A DNA stretch of 64,000 bases from Amoebophrya sp. A120 (taxonomy: Eukaryota > Protista > Dinoflagellata). The translations under genes were made by a program, and so were the position numbers. Below the pieces are notes generated by a model. It was not told where the DNA came from, did not search any database, and saw only the letters and a list, made by a program, of their open reading frames with translations. Positions 9,908-21,963 of the stretch are shown here, piece after piece. The stretch is from positions 8,268,882 through 8,332,881 of the forward strand of contig CAJINV010000004.1 in NCBI GenBank assembly GCA_905178155.1. Reading direction: 5' to 3'. Positions within the stretch are counted from its first letter, which is position 1; every line of letters begins with the position of its first letter.

Positions 9908-12900
9908 TCAGGTTCGACTTCCGCACTTGCGCAGCAGAAAATGCATCACTACAGCCATGGGATGATGGGTGCGCTTTTGCACAAGATAGTTGATCGTCAC
10001 CTCACAGTCCTCCTCCGGTGCATTTTGTGATACGTCCTTGCGCACTTGCCGCTGTTCCGCACCCTCCACTGATGCGCCCTCCTGCATATCCGCACTTTCT
10101 GCGTTTTGTGCGTCCTCCTTCAGTAGCACGCTCTCGTCAAGTTTCGTATTTTTCGCGTCCTCCTTCAGTGCTACGGGCTTGTGCAACGGGTGGAGTTGCG
10201 CGTACGAGCGGTCAACCGCTACCGAGATGATCTTCTTCTTCAGTTCCTCGGGGAGGTTGCAGATGGTCGATTATCAAAAGGAAAAATCCCACCTCCTCAT
10301 ATCCAAAACGAAATTTGTGATGCTGTGTTTATTGTTGGGCACACAAATCGACTTGCAGTGGTAGAAGGCCAGGAGCCGCAACTGTGGCCTCGTTTGCAGG
10401 CAATTTGTCGTGCTGTTTCCCACCTCCAGCTGCCTCCTGTCATGCTGAAGATGCAAGGCTTTCTCGCGCCACCGAGAACTACAGTCCGCATCTTTTCCCT
10501 TCTAGCATGACAAAGCTGATTTGTGACCACAAATCTGCACCACAGATTTCCGTTTTGATAAGGGGAGGGGGGAGTTTTCTTCGTGATATCGATAGAAACG
10601 CGAGAAACTCCGTCTCTGTGATGGCGTCCAGTGGTAACCAAATCTGGCTGTTGTACTCGTATTTGGCGTATGAAATGTAAAAGTGTCTGGGTCTGGAAGA
10701 GTCATGCTGTTTCTGCATGACACAGAAGGTCTGGCATGGCAGCTCTAGCACCACAGGTTTCGAGAAGCTTCCGCAATGCTGAATCCGCATGACAAATCCC
10801 TCATTTTGGTGACAATGCTGCCTATGCATCAGAGATTTTTGTGTGTTCTGAAATGCGCATCACAGTTACATCCTTCCAGACCGAGACATTTTTGCACTTG
10901 ATATGGCGACAGATTCTGTGTCATTTGTACTGCCCGCTGGTGCCCTGACCGCGGAGGCAATAATCTTATTCAGCCTTTTGACCTCGTCCGAGCCATCGTC
11001 TTTGAGAACGACGCCGATCACGTATCCTATGTAAAAACATCCCCACACCTGAGTCAAGATGGGAAATCTGCTAGATAAAAATCAACCAGCTGTGGTTGTT
11101 TCGCATGGCAAGGTTGGCCCCGTCGTGTAAACCTGTTTAGCTAGCTCCCGCACCAGCATCACAGATCTAGCATATCATGCTGATTTGAGCGTGACAAACT
11201 CCAGAACACAAAGGGGAAGTGCTTTGCATGGGGCTCCGCATGAGAAACATTTTTGGCATGCAGATTTGCATGACAACTCTTGGACGGTGTTTATGTACTG
11301 GAAAAGACCAAATTAAAGCACAGAGAAAATTCAAATTTTCACAAGGGGTGGGAATGATTTTACTGAGAATATCACGTTCTTCTTTACCCATTGTTTCTGC
11401 CAGGCAGCGTAGGCGCGGTGGTTTTTCTTCTCTTCGGTATGCCGTGCAAAAGTATCTATCGTAATCGTAGTACTGATTGCAGCAGCTCTGCATCACAAAT
11501 TGACAAATTCCATTTCATCTTTTTCTAGAAGCAATTCGTATTCGCAATTTCTACGAAATATACGATATTAAAATACTTTTGCACTGCATATTCGGCCTCT
11601 TCGAGCAGCTGGACCATCTGGCGGCAGAGCTCCGCGTGCCCTTCGACTTCAGGGTTCATGTATCAAATGTAAAAATGTCTGGGTCTGGAAGATTCCGAGA
11701 TTTGTCATGCAGTTTTTCCAAGCTCCACCAAGTCTGGAATGCAGGGCATAGCATCACAGGTTCTGCAGCCCCTTGCTGATGCCCATTATGCATGAGAAAT
11801 GCCCTCTGAGCATGGCGAGAAATGGGGACCTTTTGCAAGTCATGCAACACAGATTTTTGTATCATCCGCAACACGCATAACAAGTTCGCATTCTTCCAGA
11901 CCCAGACATTTTTACATTTGATATCATGTCGTACCGCTCGCTCCCGTGTCGCAGTTTGAACCCGGGGGGGGTCATCAAGTCGGAGTCGGATGACAGTCCG
12001 TCGCTCGGGGACGAGCCTGAGGCTGTACTATCTCCGAACCATCTATGCGCCGCAAGTATGTCGTGTCTGGGTCTGGAAGGATGCAAGGTTATATTATGTC
12101 ATGCTTGTCGTGTGGCAAGAGTTTGCGATGCGTCTGCGTGTCCAAGAAGCGACTCTTTTTTTGGTATATGCAAATACACGGGCTGCCCTGCGGAAAGCGC
12201 AACACGAAAGACCCGCGTAAATAAGTATTTCCCATGCTTGGCTATGCATTATTAAAGAGCATGCTTCATCACTATTCACAATTCAGCATTACAAGTTTCC
12301 AGATCGAGGTCCAGACATATTTGCAATGCATAAAATCCCACCACCCCACGGGGCGTGACGCGAGACGAGGTATCGAAAGGAAAAATCTCCCCTCGCCATA
12401 TCAAAACGAAATTTCTGCTGCTGCATTTGTGTACACAAATCCGAGTTGTCTTGCTGGAGAGCACTGCAGGCCCATACTAACTGCGAGCAGAGAGGTTTCG
12501 GCCTAGGCAATTAGCACGAAAAGCGTCCGCGCTGTAGGCCCAGCAGCATGACAAACCGCCTGCGCAATGCGGTGGAGCCTGCGGAGTGGCCTTCTTGCAA
12601 GACAGACACGATTTGTTACCCCAAAGCATCACAAATTTCCAAAAATATACCTTTTTAGTATGGAGAGGAGGGATTTTTCCTTTCGATACGAGGGCGCGGC
12701 GGACGTGGTGACGTCGGCGACGTGTATCCTGGGAAAAAACATCCCCACCCCATAGTCAAGCTGCTAAATCTGCAACACAGATCTCCGTCCAGGAATTGGG
12801 AGTTGTGCATGACAAGTTTCCATGCGCAGTGTCGTGTTGGCTAGCAAGGGAAGCTGCACGAGAAAGCCACTTTGTCATCCAATTTACGGCATTACAAATG

Positions 12901-15900
12901 CCAAAACACGACTGGAAATGCCTCTCATGCGAATGCGCATTACAAACGTTCCTGTCATCTTCGCGCGCTCGCATGAAAACTCTGGGGTGGGGACGTTTTT
13001 ACACAGGATAACGTGTGGTAGGTCCTCTCTTGGGGCCGCAGTCGCCTGCTTATCAAACGTGAAAAAGCCCCCACCTCCCCATATTCAAAAGACAATTTGT
13101 ACAGCTGGATTTGTGTACACAAATGTGTTGCAGCGCGAGCCTGTCGGCATAGTGTAAGCCAATTTCGGCACGCATCCGCCTAGCAGCGGAGCATGAGAAA
13201 CAACTCCTACATAGGCGAAAGCGGCAAACTGGCTGCAGAATGCGCCACATGGGTGCCGCTTGCCTTGTACGCAAGACAAAGCTCCTGATCTGTGGTCACA
13301 AACCAACATCAGAAATTGCCTTTTCGATATGGTGACGGGAGATGTTTCCTCACAATATTTTTTGTCATCCGCACCGGTGGAATTTTTCTCGTGCGGGACG
13401 ATGGGGGCCCGCGGCTGCGGGAGCGGGGGAACCACTGCAGGGCGACCTAACACTGGATTCGTGGCTACTTCGCCGTCAAGCGCGACGCGAAACGTGTATG
13501 CCTCTCGTGGGAACCGGGTCAATCGTCCCTGCAGTGCCCGCCTTATCTGCCGCCACGCATCGTGCTGCTTTTTCGTCGTATCTGGCTCGTCGGGAGTTTG
13601 CCGGGCGTAGAAGTCGGCTTCGCATCTGGCTCTCGTCAGTGTCCGATTCGGACCTCCGAAAACCGCCTCTGCTAGGTCGTCTCCAGGTTTGATACGGCCG
13701 CCAGTGCTCGTTGTGTTGTTCGTATCGAAGCAAAAAACATTGTAGGTGTAACTTTTTTGGAGGAACAGCATTACAAATTTGTCTGGCAGGACAGCAAAAA
13801 CCTCCTGTCATGCGCAGCTAGTACGCGAAAACGGCCTTTAATAGACCCTACGATGTATGCCAAGCATGACAGACGCAATCATTTTGCATGTTGCGCATCC
13901 CAAATTTACACTAACACCGTTTTTTTCTTGAATAGTTCGTGATGAGATCTCGTGCGAAGAAATTTGGGTTGGTTGCGTATCCTCCTTTTTTTCTGTCCAT
14001 GATCTATCCTGAGGAAAAACGTCCCCACCCCATAGTCAAGCTGGGAAATCTGCTAGACAATTCAGCTAGCTTAGGTTGTTGCGCATGACAAGCTTGGCCT
14101 CGTAGTGTAAAAATCCTGTTTAGCTCGCTTATCGGCATGACAGATTTACCCTATTATGCTGATTGGAGGATAAAAAGTCCAAAACCCGACTAGTAAATGC
14201 TTGTCAACATGAGGCTCCGCATGAGAAACATTTTGACCAGGCAGAGTTGCGTGACAGCTATGGGGTTGGAACGGTTTTCCTCAGGATATATTTTCGACCA
14301 ACTTTTTCCAGTCGTCCCACCCGCGCACGTATCCAGTGCAAATGCATGTCTGGGTCTGGAAGGCTGCAAAAGTTTTTCATGCAGGTTTTGCCTGGCAGAG
14401 GAGATCCAGATTTCATCTTCACAATTTGTTCTAAGTAGTCTGCAATACAAATGTTTCCTCAAGTTGTCCAAAATTGCACCAAAGCTTCTACTTCTACTAC
14501 TCTGACAGAGGGCGTGGCAAGTCTATTGCAGCTGATGTCCAGACGCAGACATATGAGCAATGCGTACCAAGTCGCCCACATGGTACGTATGTATTCGCCA
14601 ACGGGGTTCGAACCCGGTCCACTCCTCCTCCCCGAGCAGCGCCACTTCTAAACACATTTTCCCACGTATGCTGAGGAAAAATCCCCCCTCCCCAAATCGC
14701 AAAGGAAGTTGGTGCCTTTGCTCGTATTTGAGTAAGTACACAAGTCGACTGGTATTGCCAAGCAGTTGTCTGTCATGCTGTTGTTCCCTGTTACCAAACA
14801 GTTTGCTGTCATGCACGGGACAGACAGTCTGTCATGCTGTTCCCTGCCTCCTGTTGCTACCTGTCATGCTGAAGCCGCAAGGCTTTCGGACACCACCAAG
14901 GGCCGCAGTTCGCATCCATCACGACAACGCGACGGCAAATCATGCGCGCACAAATCTCCGCGGCCATATCGGGCGGGGGGTTTCTCCATTTTGGTAGCCC
15001 GGCTGAGGCCGTCCGGAAAGACGTCGTCCCGCTTCTGAAAGCATCGGAACTCAGAAGACAAGCTCGCCCCGCCTGAGTACCCGGTCCACACGAAGTGCAT
15101 GGCGTCCGCTGGGTGGTACTTCTGCGCCGAAGCACTTCGGCTCGGCGTAACCGAGTACACCAGGACGGGCATGCTTCTTTCTCCATCGAAGACCCCCCGG
15201 AACGGCAGGGTCCGCTTGTACACCAACAGGTGTACCCGGAGCGTCGGGTTGGTATCCCTGGGCGCCCATGTGTCGATGGCGGACGGCGCGTCGACCCGAT
15301 CCAGCAGGTGCGTCCTGCCGACACTGCAGAAACCGGACGCCGGCACGATCCCGCTGCTCACCGCAGAGGTTGCAGCTCTGCCCAGGTTGCTATCGTCTCC
15401 CGTGTTTATGTCGTCGCTCGGGTTGTTCCCTGGTTTTTTCGCAGTCGACGGAGCTGGGGCTGCTGGCTGGAGGAGGTTGACAGCACTACTTCCCGACGCC
15501 GGGGCGGGTTGCTGCGGAGCGGGGAGGGGACCGCCTACAGCAGCTGCCTCGCCAGCGGCCTGTGCTGCCTCCTGCGGGTGGTCCTCGTTATCCTCCTGCT
15601 TCTTTTCCAGGTTCATGCCCCCCATCATGAGGTCGGCCAGATCGTCTACCTCGGCATCTGCTTGCGGCGGCTCGCGGATAACAAGCCGCTTATTCTCCTC
15701 GCTCGGGGGGTCTGGGAGATTGAACTGGAACGGCTTATAGTAGACCACGCCGGTGAGTGGACTGTACCGGACACCGAGCCCGACTTCGTTATTGTTGCTA
15801 TTCCCCGGCTGCCGCCAGCCAAGGAAGCCAGAGCCCGTTGTCCCTGCGGTGCCAAAGCCGTGGCGGCGCGGGACACAGTTCAGCGGTAGAAAACCGGGCA

Positions 15901-15904
15901 GCAT
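9908..15904 (-). CDS. Multi-exon uncharacterised protein gene interrupted by ~12 introner-like elements
   Basis: Excising element plus one 5-bp repeat fuses ORF fragments in frame: WVKKNVIGVVLKDDGS, NDTESVAKYEYNSQIW, EFLAFLSTICNLPEELKKKII..HKPVALKED, HGSERYDMNPEVEGHAELC, EDLPHVADVTTSAAPSSRVTP. The first exon corresponds to the 346-aa ORF. May be more than one gene. Confidence 0.65.
10272..10588. mobile_element. Introner-like TIR element, family C
   Basis: TATCAAAAGGAAAAATCCC..GGGGAGTTTTCTTCGTGATA; perfect flanking repeat TCGAT; excision restores frame. Confidence 0.9.
10669..10903. mobile_element. Introner-like TIR element, family A
   Basis: TATGAAATGTAAAAGTGTCTGGGTCTGGAAG..CTTCCAGACCGAGACATTTTTGCACTTGATA; repeat TGGCG; excision restores frame. 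Confidence 0.9.
11023..11371. mobile_element. Introner-like TIR element, family B (with ~70-bp insertion near right TIR)
   Basis: TATCCTATGTAAAAACATCCCCAC..GGGGTGGGAATGATTTTACTGAGAATA; repeat TCACG; body similar to 14005 and 54527 copies. Confidence 0.8.
11661..11923. mobile_element. Introner-like TIR element, family A
   Basis: ~31-bp perfect TIR TATCAAATGTAAAAATGTCTGGGTCTGGAAG; repeat TCATG; excision restores frame. Confidence 0.95.
12041..12332. mobile_element. Degenerate introner-like element, family A
   Basis: TGTCTGGGTCTGGAAG..CCAGACATATTTGCAATGCATA; left boundary approximate. Confidence 0.65.
12371..12688. mobile_element. Introner-like TIR element, family C
   Basis: TATCGAAAGGAAAAATC..GATTTTTCCTTTCGATA; repeat CGAGG. 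Confidence 0.92.
12725..13010. mobile_element. Introner-like TIR element, family B
   Basis: TATCCTGGGAAAAAACATCCCCACCCC..GGGGTGGGGACGTTTTTACACAGGATA; repeat ACGTG. Confidence 0.92.
13051..13357. mobile_element. Degenerate introner-like element, family C
   Basis: TATCAAACGTGAAAAAGCCCCCACCTCCCCATAT..ATATGGTGACGGGAGATGTTTCCTCACAATA; no clean direct repeat. Confidence 0.7.
13723..13934. mobile_element. Introner-like TIR element, singleton family D
   Basis: TATCGAAGCAAAAAAC..GTTTTTTTCTTGAATA; repeat GTTCG. Confidence 0.8.
14005..14288. mobile_element. Introner-like TIR element, family B
   Basis: TATCCTGAGGAAAAACGTCCCCACCCCATAG..CTATGGGGTTGGAACGGTTTTCCTCAGGATA; direct repeat not preserved. Confidence 0.85.
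14330..14537. mobile_element. Degenerate introner-like element, family A
   Basis: Left TIR TATCCAGTGCAAATGCATGTCTGGGTCTGGAAG is clear; right end eroded and approximate. Confidence 0.55.
14667..14996. mobile_element. Degenerate introner-like element, family C
   Basis: TATGCTGAGGAAAAATCCCCCCTCCCC..GGGCGGGGGGTTTCTCCATTTTGGTA; body related to the 10272 copy. Confidence 0.7.
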
Positions 15905-17553
15905 GTTGTTGGCTGTCGTCCTTTGTCCTGCTGTTCGTTGAAGAATAAATTGCGCCTCCCTATTGATTTTTTTTGCTGTCGGTGGTAGTTGTACCCTATT
16001 GCCGTGGTGCTGCTCAAGTCCTGTTGACGAAATTCGTGCTGTCGTCGAAGAAAAGAAGAAAATTACGTTGTCGTCGTATGTTGTCGTTCAAAAGAAAATT
16101 ATGTTGATGTCGTTGAAAAGATGACAATGCCCATGTTGTCACCAAATTCCATATTTTTTTCAGTACTATACCACGTGATGATCATGATGATGTTATTCAG
16201 TGAAGAGTTCACAAGAGGAATCCTAGGATTCTAGTACAGCGTGTGTATTTATTCCTTAGTAGACACTTGACTCAGCAGCTTTTGCTATTAAACAATGAAT
16301 TTCGGGAAGACATTCAAGTGAGATTGTTTTCAGCAACAAGCTCTTATGATACCCAACGAAAGAAGATGTCGGGGAGACTCTTTGCCATATCCATGTTGCA
16401 CGGCTTCGTCTTCGAGCAGTGTATTGCTACTAAAACGCCATTTGCAATATGATCCACATCATCATCTGATTCCAAACATTGGATCTTCGAGCTGTTTCGC
16501 ATTCGCAGTGAGTTCCGTATAAGACACAGAAAAAGTAGGCGGGGACGGTAAAAACAATCTAGAAAATCTTTCCTGCGGTAGGCGGTCTGCGGAGGATATT
16601 AAGTAGGCTCCTCAAGAACTTTGTTTACTGATACGGGCGGAGGAGCAGGATGATCATGAGCGCAACTAGATGTGCTCCTAGAGGAACAAACCGTCAGAAT
16701 GCGGCTCATCTCGTGGGTGCGGTTGCTTTTTCCGGGAAGTTAGTAGTTGTGAACCACACTGGAGGGCCAGCGCTGCCGGAAGGAAGCACGATCGGCCCGG
16801 CTCGAAATGCATCTCCGAGGCGGACGAAAGCGAAGTCACATACTTACCCACGCTTAGTAAGTGGCCTTGGTATTTGGTAAGTTCACTCGGATGAAAGCGA
16901 AGTCACTTACATCCCCGGGCGCGTGAACCTGTTCGTCTCGTTCCGCCTTTCGAAGGCGCGTGCTGTCATGAACGACACCGATGCGTGTACGTCTACGTTC
17001 TAGCACCGTCGTATGCAGGAAATAAAAGTAGTTTATCGCTGCCCCCACAGACAGGATTGTTGCAGACAGGTTTGTGACAGGAGTAGGAAACACGCGCAAA
17101 AAGAAACAAAAGACGCCAAAAAGAAAGTCGGTGTGAGAAATAGTTCCAGTTCGGTATGATCCACCTGCGCCATGTTTTGGCAGTTCCAAAACAAGCCTGA
17201 GTGAGAGCCCTTTTTTGATGCGTGTCTGCAATTAGCACGAACAGAATGTGGCGGAACACTTTTGGTGGAAAGGACTTTTTGTTTTCCCCTTCGAGGAAAT
17301 TCAAAGTTTTCGTTACACGTCTCTCGAGAAAGTTATCGTTTGTAGCCACACAAGCTCTGTAAAAAGACCCGAAATAATTCATAGCTTTTCTTTTCACATC
17401 TAATTCAATATTAGTAGAAAAAGCAGGCTTTTTGCTGCACCTTTCGATGCGTTTTCATGTAATTCAAGAAAGGTAAAACGAGGTATATTCAGTTGTATTT
17501 CTTATTGGGATCTTCGGAAAAGTAGCGGATTTTTAAGTAGAAAATCGCTTTTG

Positions 17554-18964
17554 TTAGTTAAACAGTCCACCCATCAGCCCTCCACCACGGTTTTGAGCCT
17601 TCGCGTGCGCGTCAGCCTCCTTGCGCACGGCGCGGATATGGAAGTGTCAGGATTGACATCGACAAAATTGAAATGATTTGCCATGCATAAAATGGATGCC
17701 AGTTCTTGGAGCCCAGTTTTCAAGCGGCGCATGACAAATTTTGGCGGTGCCTAAATCCAGCTTGTAATGCTGTTTGCGTAACGAAGACGCCTTTTGACAT
17801 GCTACTTCAGCAGCTCTATTTCTACCACTCAACTACAGGCATACAACCTGCCTCGTCCCTTGCCTACTCTGCAAGACAGGCACTTTGATGTGGGTTGCAT
17901 TTTATGCATCACAAACTATTTCAACTTTGACGATTTCAATCCTGACACCACCATAGCGGATCTGGTCACCGTACGTCAGCTCGAAGGAGTCCTCCTCTTG
18001 GGATCCACCGCACGAGTTGCCATCAAATCGTTGCCAAACCCAGTACGGCTTCGCGATCAGCCCCTTGTCCTGCTCCCGCTCGCCCTCGAAGCACCAGCAC
18101 CACGCGCTTGGTATGACCTGTTCAAACGTTACAATCTCAAACGTTACAATAGAATCTGAGATTTATTGTCTTGCATGATCAACATGACAGACTCGGACAG
18201 CTTTCCACTTTCTGCAATACAAATTTGGGCAGATTGTGCTGCGGATTGGGACTCCAAAACTTGTCATGCGCAATCCTGCGGGAGTAGGGTAGATCATGCA
18301 CTTCTTGCACCACAAATTCCGAATTCTATTGTAACGCTTGAGATTGTAACACCTGAGCGGGTTATACTTGGCTGCTTCTTCTTCTGAAAGGTGGTCACCG
18401 GCTGGACGGGCGGGGTGAAGGATCTAGTTTCGAAATGGAGAGATTATTTTTGAAACACATTTTTCGTATCAGATTTAAATTTGAACCCCGTCTAAAACTA
18501 CTTCAAATTCCACAACTTCGCATGGCGGATAAGTACCTTAGTCACAAGTCTAGTTCTCAGTTTCTCATGCTAAATCCGTATTCCTAACAAAGCCCATAGG
18601 TTTGTTGACTCAGCTCCTTTGAAGGAGCAAGTTTGTCATGCGGATTCAAGTAAAGTGAGGCTTAATTTCTTTGCTTTTTCTCTTCTTGTTTTTCCTTTTC
18701 CTTTTCTTTGCGACCGTAGCAAGAATGTGCTTGTTTTTGCCTTGGTTTTCGGTCTTTTCTCTTGCTCGATTGATTTCTTTGCCTTTCCATATCATTTTGA
18801 TCTATGAGATGAAACAGCGCTCAAAACTAGTTTTCAATATACCCAGTAGCCTCGATTCCGTCCTCCTCGCCGGGTGGGGGGAAGACGTCCGGCACCGTGT
18901 CCTGGGCGCCCACAGCCTTTCCGTGGTCCTGGTTGTTGTGCCCAACGCCTGGAAGGTTCCCCAT
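17554..18964 (-). CDS. Small 4-exon protein (~135 aa) with N-terminal MGN and a WCWC motif
   Basis: MGNLPGVGHNNQDHG..IEATG / one GT-AG intron (~18424-18842) / SFTPPVQPVTTFQKKKQPSAWCWCFEGER..TYGDQIRAVRKEADAHAKAQNRGGGLMGGLFN-TAA. The frame is continuous after removing two TIR elements. Confidence 0.8.
17637..17955. mobile_element. Introner-like TIR element, singleton family E
   Basis: TATGGAAGTGTCAGGATTGACATCG..CGATTTCAATCCTGACACCACCATA; repeat GCGGA; excision restores frame. Confidence 0.9.
18112..18366. mobile_element. Introner-like TIR element, singleton family F
   Basis: TATGACCTGTTCAAACGTTACAATCTCAAACGTTACAATAGAA..TTCTATTGTAACGCTTGAGATTGTAACACCTGAGCGGGTTATA; repeat CTTGG; excision restores frame. 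Confidence 0.9.
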
Positions 18965-20400
18965 CTTGTTGGTACGCACGACGGTGGTTTTTTCACACTA
19001 CAGATCCTTTTAGTACACACGACGAAGAAAGAAGAGTCGTCGTGGACAGAAAAAAACAACTAATTACGGTAACACGGCAATGGTTTGGTGGAACAGGAAC
19101 TACTTTTCCTGCAGGGGTGATGGCATATTTGTCTATCGATTTTGCGTTTCTTTTCGATAGTACAAGTAAGGACTTTGTACCCGTTGTGATTTTGCGTGTT
19201 TGGCGTTTTCCGCTTGGAAGCGATTTTTTGTGCTCATCGAACCACACTTTTGACACATCACTCCACGATAACGATAGAGACTTCCGAGCGAGCGCCGACT
19301 GGCATTGATACTAGCAACGACGAGGAGTGGTGTACCATGTTTATGATGCACGACGAGGAGGAAAGCTACTTACTTATTTTGGTCCGCCTGTTTGAGTAAA
19401 ATGCGACTCGGACTGTGGCAACCGCGATTTGCATCGATAAAGACAACCGAAAGCAACGATTTTCGTCACTCGAAGCAGTACGAAGAATTTACAGCTGCGA
19501 GCTATCACATTAAGGACGAGTGTAATTACCACAAGTCTCATTATTCGCAAGACCTATTTTTGCCTTTACGTAGACCGACGAGCGGGCGCAGCACGGGCGA
19601 GAACACGGAAGTGACCTCCCAGCCACTCTCGAAAGCACCAGAGCGGGTGCATGACAGCCGGCACCTCTGGCTGTGAAGATCGAGATTTAAAAATAAAGCT
19701 CCTTTGTTGTTTCGTAGAAGCCGGGTGTACTAGCGATAAAATAAGTTCATTTGCAATCCTTATCCTATTGAAACATAGACCATCATCCTGAAAGCGTCCC
19801 TATCCGGGAAGTAGACCGGACGCCATTAGCAGTAGAACATTTCGAAACGGATTAGACTAGAGGAAAATAACGGACCACAGTTTTTTCTACAAGAGAGGAT
19901 CGTAGCTCAGCAAGCCGGCAAAAACCGATATTAGCAAGTCAAAAATCAAATACCCAGTGGCAGTACAATAACTTGAAGGAATACTGGCACAAGTAGGGTT
20001 TCTACAATTACTGTACCTGAAGGCACACAAAATCGTATCAGTTCATTCTAATGAAAATATTTCGAGTTCTTGATGAAGTAGAATGCTCTCTTTTAACATT
20101 GAAAATTTCTATTTCGAAAAAAACAAAAAAGTTCTCGGAATAATGTAAACACAAAAAAGCTCCATCAAAACAAAGCGAGGCTACAAGGAGAAAAGCCTTT
20201 TCTTTGTGCAAAGCGAGCGTGATTTTGTCGTACTAAATACTCCAGTTGAGCTCAATAAGTTTGATGTTTAGTATTGACAAGAAACTATAGGTCGTGATTT
20301 TGGAGCAACTCTACTCGCCGAGAGGTACTTACAACTAAACTTAGCCGAGCACTTTCATCAAAAAGTGTGGACACACAAGAGGTACAACGAATCATCACAT

Positions 20401-21333
20401 TCACTGCTCAATCACACAGCTGGAACTACTAGACGAAGACTCCTCCTCCTTTTCTTCTTTGGTCGTCGCAGCACCCGCTTCCGCCCGTTTCTTCTTTTCC
20501 AGTTCGCCGCGCACGCGCGCCACGCTTTCTGCTCGACAGTTTAGCGTGTGATTCCATTCTATCAAATGCAAAAATGTTTGGGTCTTGAAACTTGTCATGC
20601 TAGAATGTGGATGATGGAAAGAGTTCCGACTGCAGCCCAGTATGACAACTTTCCAGAACGCATTCTCACGGGCAAGCCGCATGAGTAGACATTACGTTTT
20701 TGCATGTACAAAAGAGGCTGCGACTTTTGTTGGTTACGCAATACAAATTTTCTAGGTATGGGAAGCTAGCATTACAAGTTCCAACCTTCCAGACCCGGAC
20801 ATATTTGCAATTCATACATTCCGTCCCCTCGTCCTCCTCCCGGAATTCGTCCTGGTCCACCACGTATCAAATGCAGAAGTGTCTGGGTCTGGAAGAATGC
20901 ATGTTTGTCATGCTTGTCTGGGATGACTCTAAAATCTGTCATGCACGTGACCCAAGAGCCCAATTGCTCTGTCATGCAGAAACGCAGTTTGTCATGCAGA
21001 ATAGGCAACACCTAGAAGCTCAGAAAATTGTCATGCTGAGCCAGCACTTGTCGCCTCCTCCTGATACGCCACTCAGCATCACAAGTCTCCAGACCCAGAC
21101 ATTTTTGCATTTGATACCACGATCTCCTTCTGGCCGAACCCGAAGACCTCGAAGAGCAGTTTGCACCACAGGCACCCCTGTTGCTCCTCCGCCACACCAA
21201 GCGCCCGCTTGGGGGACGGCGGCGGATACACGTCCGGCTGCGGCGACGGAGGGGGCGTGTAGTCGCGGTAGTACTTCCCGGGCTCCTCGCGGAAATCTTT
21301 CTTGATGTACGGCAAATGGAAGTTGCCCCACAT
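20401..21333 (-). CDS. Small uncharacterised 3-exon protein (~140 aa)
   Basis: MWGNFHLPYIKKDFREEPG..FGFGQKEIVVDQDEFREEDEGTEWNHTLNCRAES..CVIEQ-stop after removing two family A elements; start codon uncertain. Confidence 0.75.
20560..20816. mobile_element. Introner-like TIR element, family A
   Basis: TATCAAATGCAAAAATGTTTGGGTC..GACCCGGACATATTTGCAATTCATA; repeat CATTC. Confidence 0.92.
20865..21116. mobile_element. Introner-like TIR element, family A (subfamily A1)
   Basis: Family A TIRs; repeat CCACG; very similar to 50736-50987 and 54874-55125. Confidence 0.95.
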
Positions 21334-21963
21334 ATTGTACTTAAAAGAAATGAATATTAACAGCAATGTTTTTTTTTTCGGTAGTGATGAAAAATGGATC
21401 TGGTTCTTTTCTGACTTCTAAAGTGACGTGGATCTCGAGTAGTTTGAGATGAGTTAGGAGAACGAAAAAAACTGCCACCGAAATTTCAACTATGGGGTTT
21501 TCTGAAGTTCGCTGCCTGCACGGATATTTTTTGTGAAATGAAATCAATCGCGGCGTTTTGCATTGCAACTGACTTCTTGTTTCGAAAATACGAATCTGCT
21601 ACGGAAGGAGCGGTAATTGCGGCCTCTTTGTTTTCTCTCACGGTGGTTCACAACAAACGCTAAGCACGTACGGATCGACTCTCAACAAGCACCACGTCCT
21701 CGAATAACCCTGGCAACGGTTTTCAAATTCCAAAAAAAACCAACATCCCTCGGAAGCTAATCTGCTTGCACCCACAGCTAATTCTCTCTCGTTGTACGAC
21801 GAACCTCATTGGGAAGATTTTTCATTGCTGCATATCAGAAAGACGCCGGTCCATCTGATATCAAAATCGGATTTGTACTTTCGTAAAAACTAAGTTCAAC
21901 CTTTGTAGTGTTTTCAGTCCTTAAGCCCACAGCACCAAAAGAACCTCAAGTAAAGCCAATTCT

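Noticed and set aside
14595-14625. GGGGTTCGAACCC, resembling a tRNA T-loop / B box
   Set aside because: No cloverleaf or A box found; it lies in a probable exon (EEEWTGFEPRWRIH).
16838-16850. ATACTTACC, resembling the U1 snRNA 5' end
   Set aside because: Not followed by TG or U1 stems; better read as a minus-strand GTAAGTA donor-like sequence.
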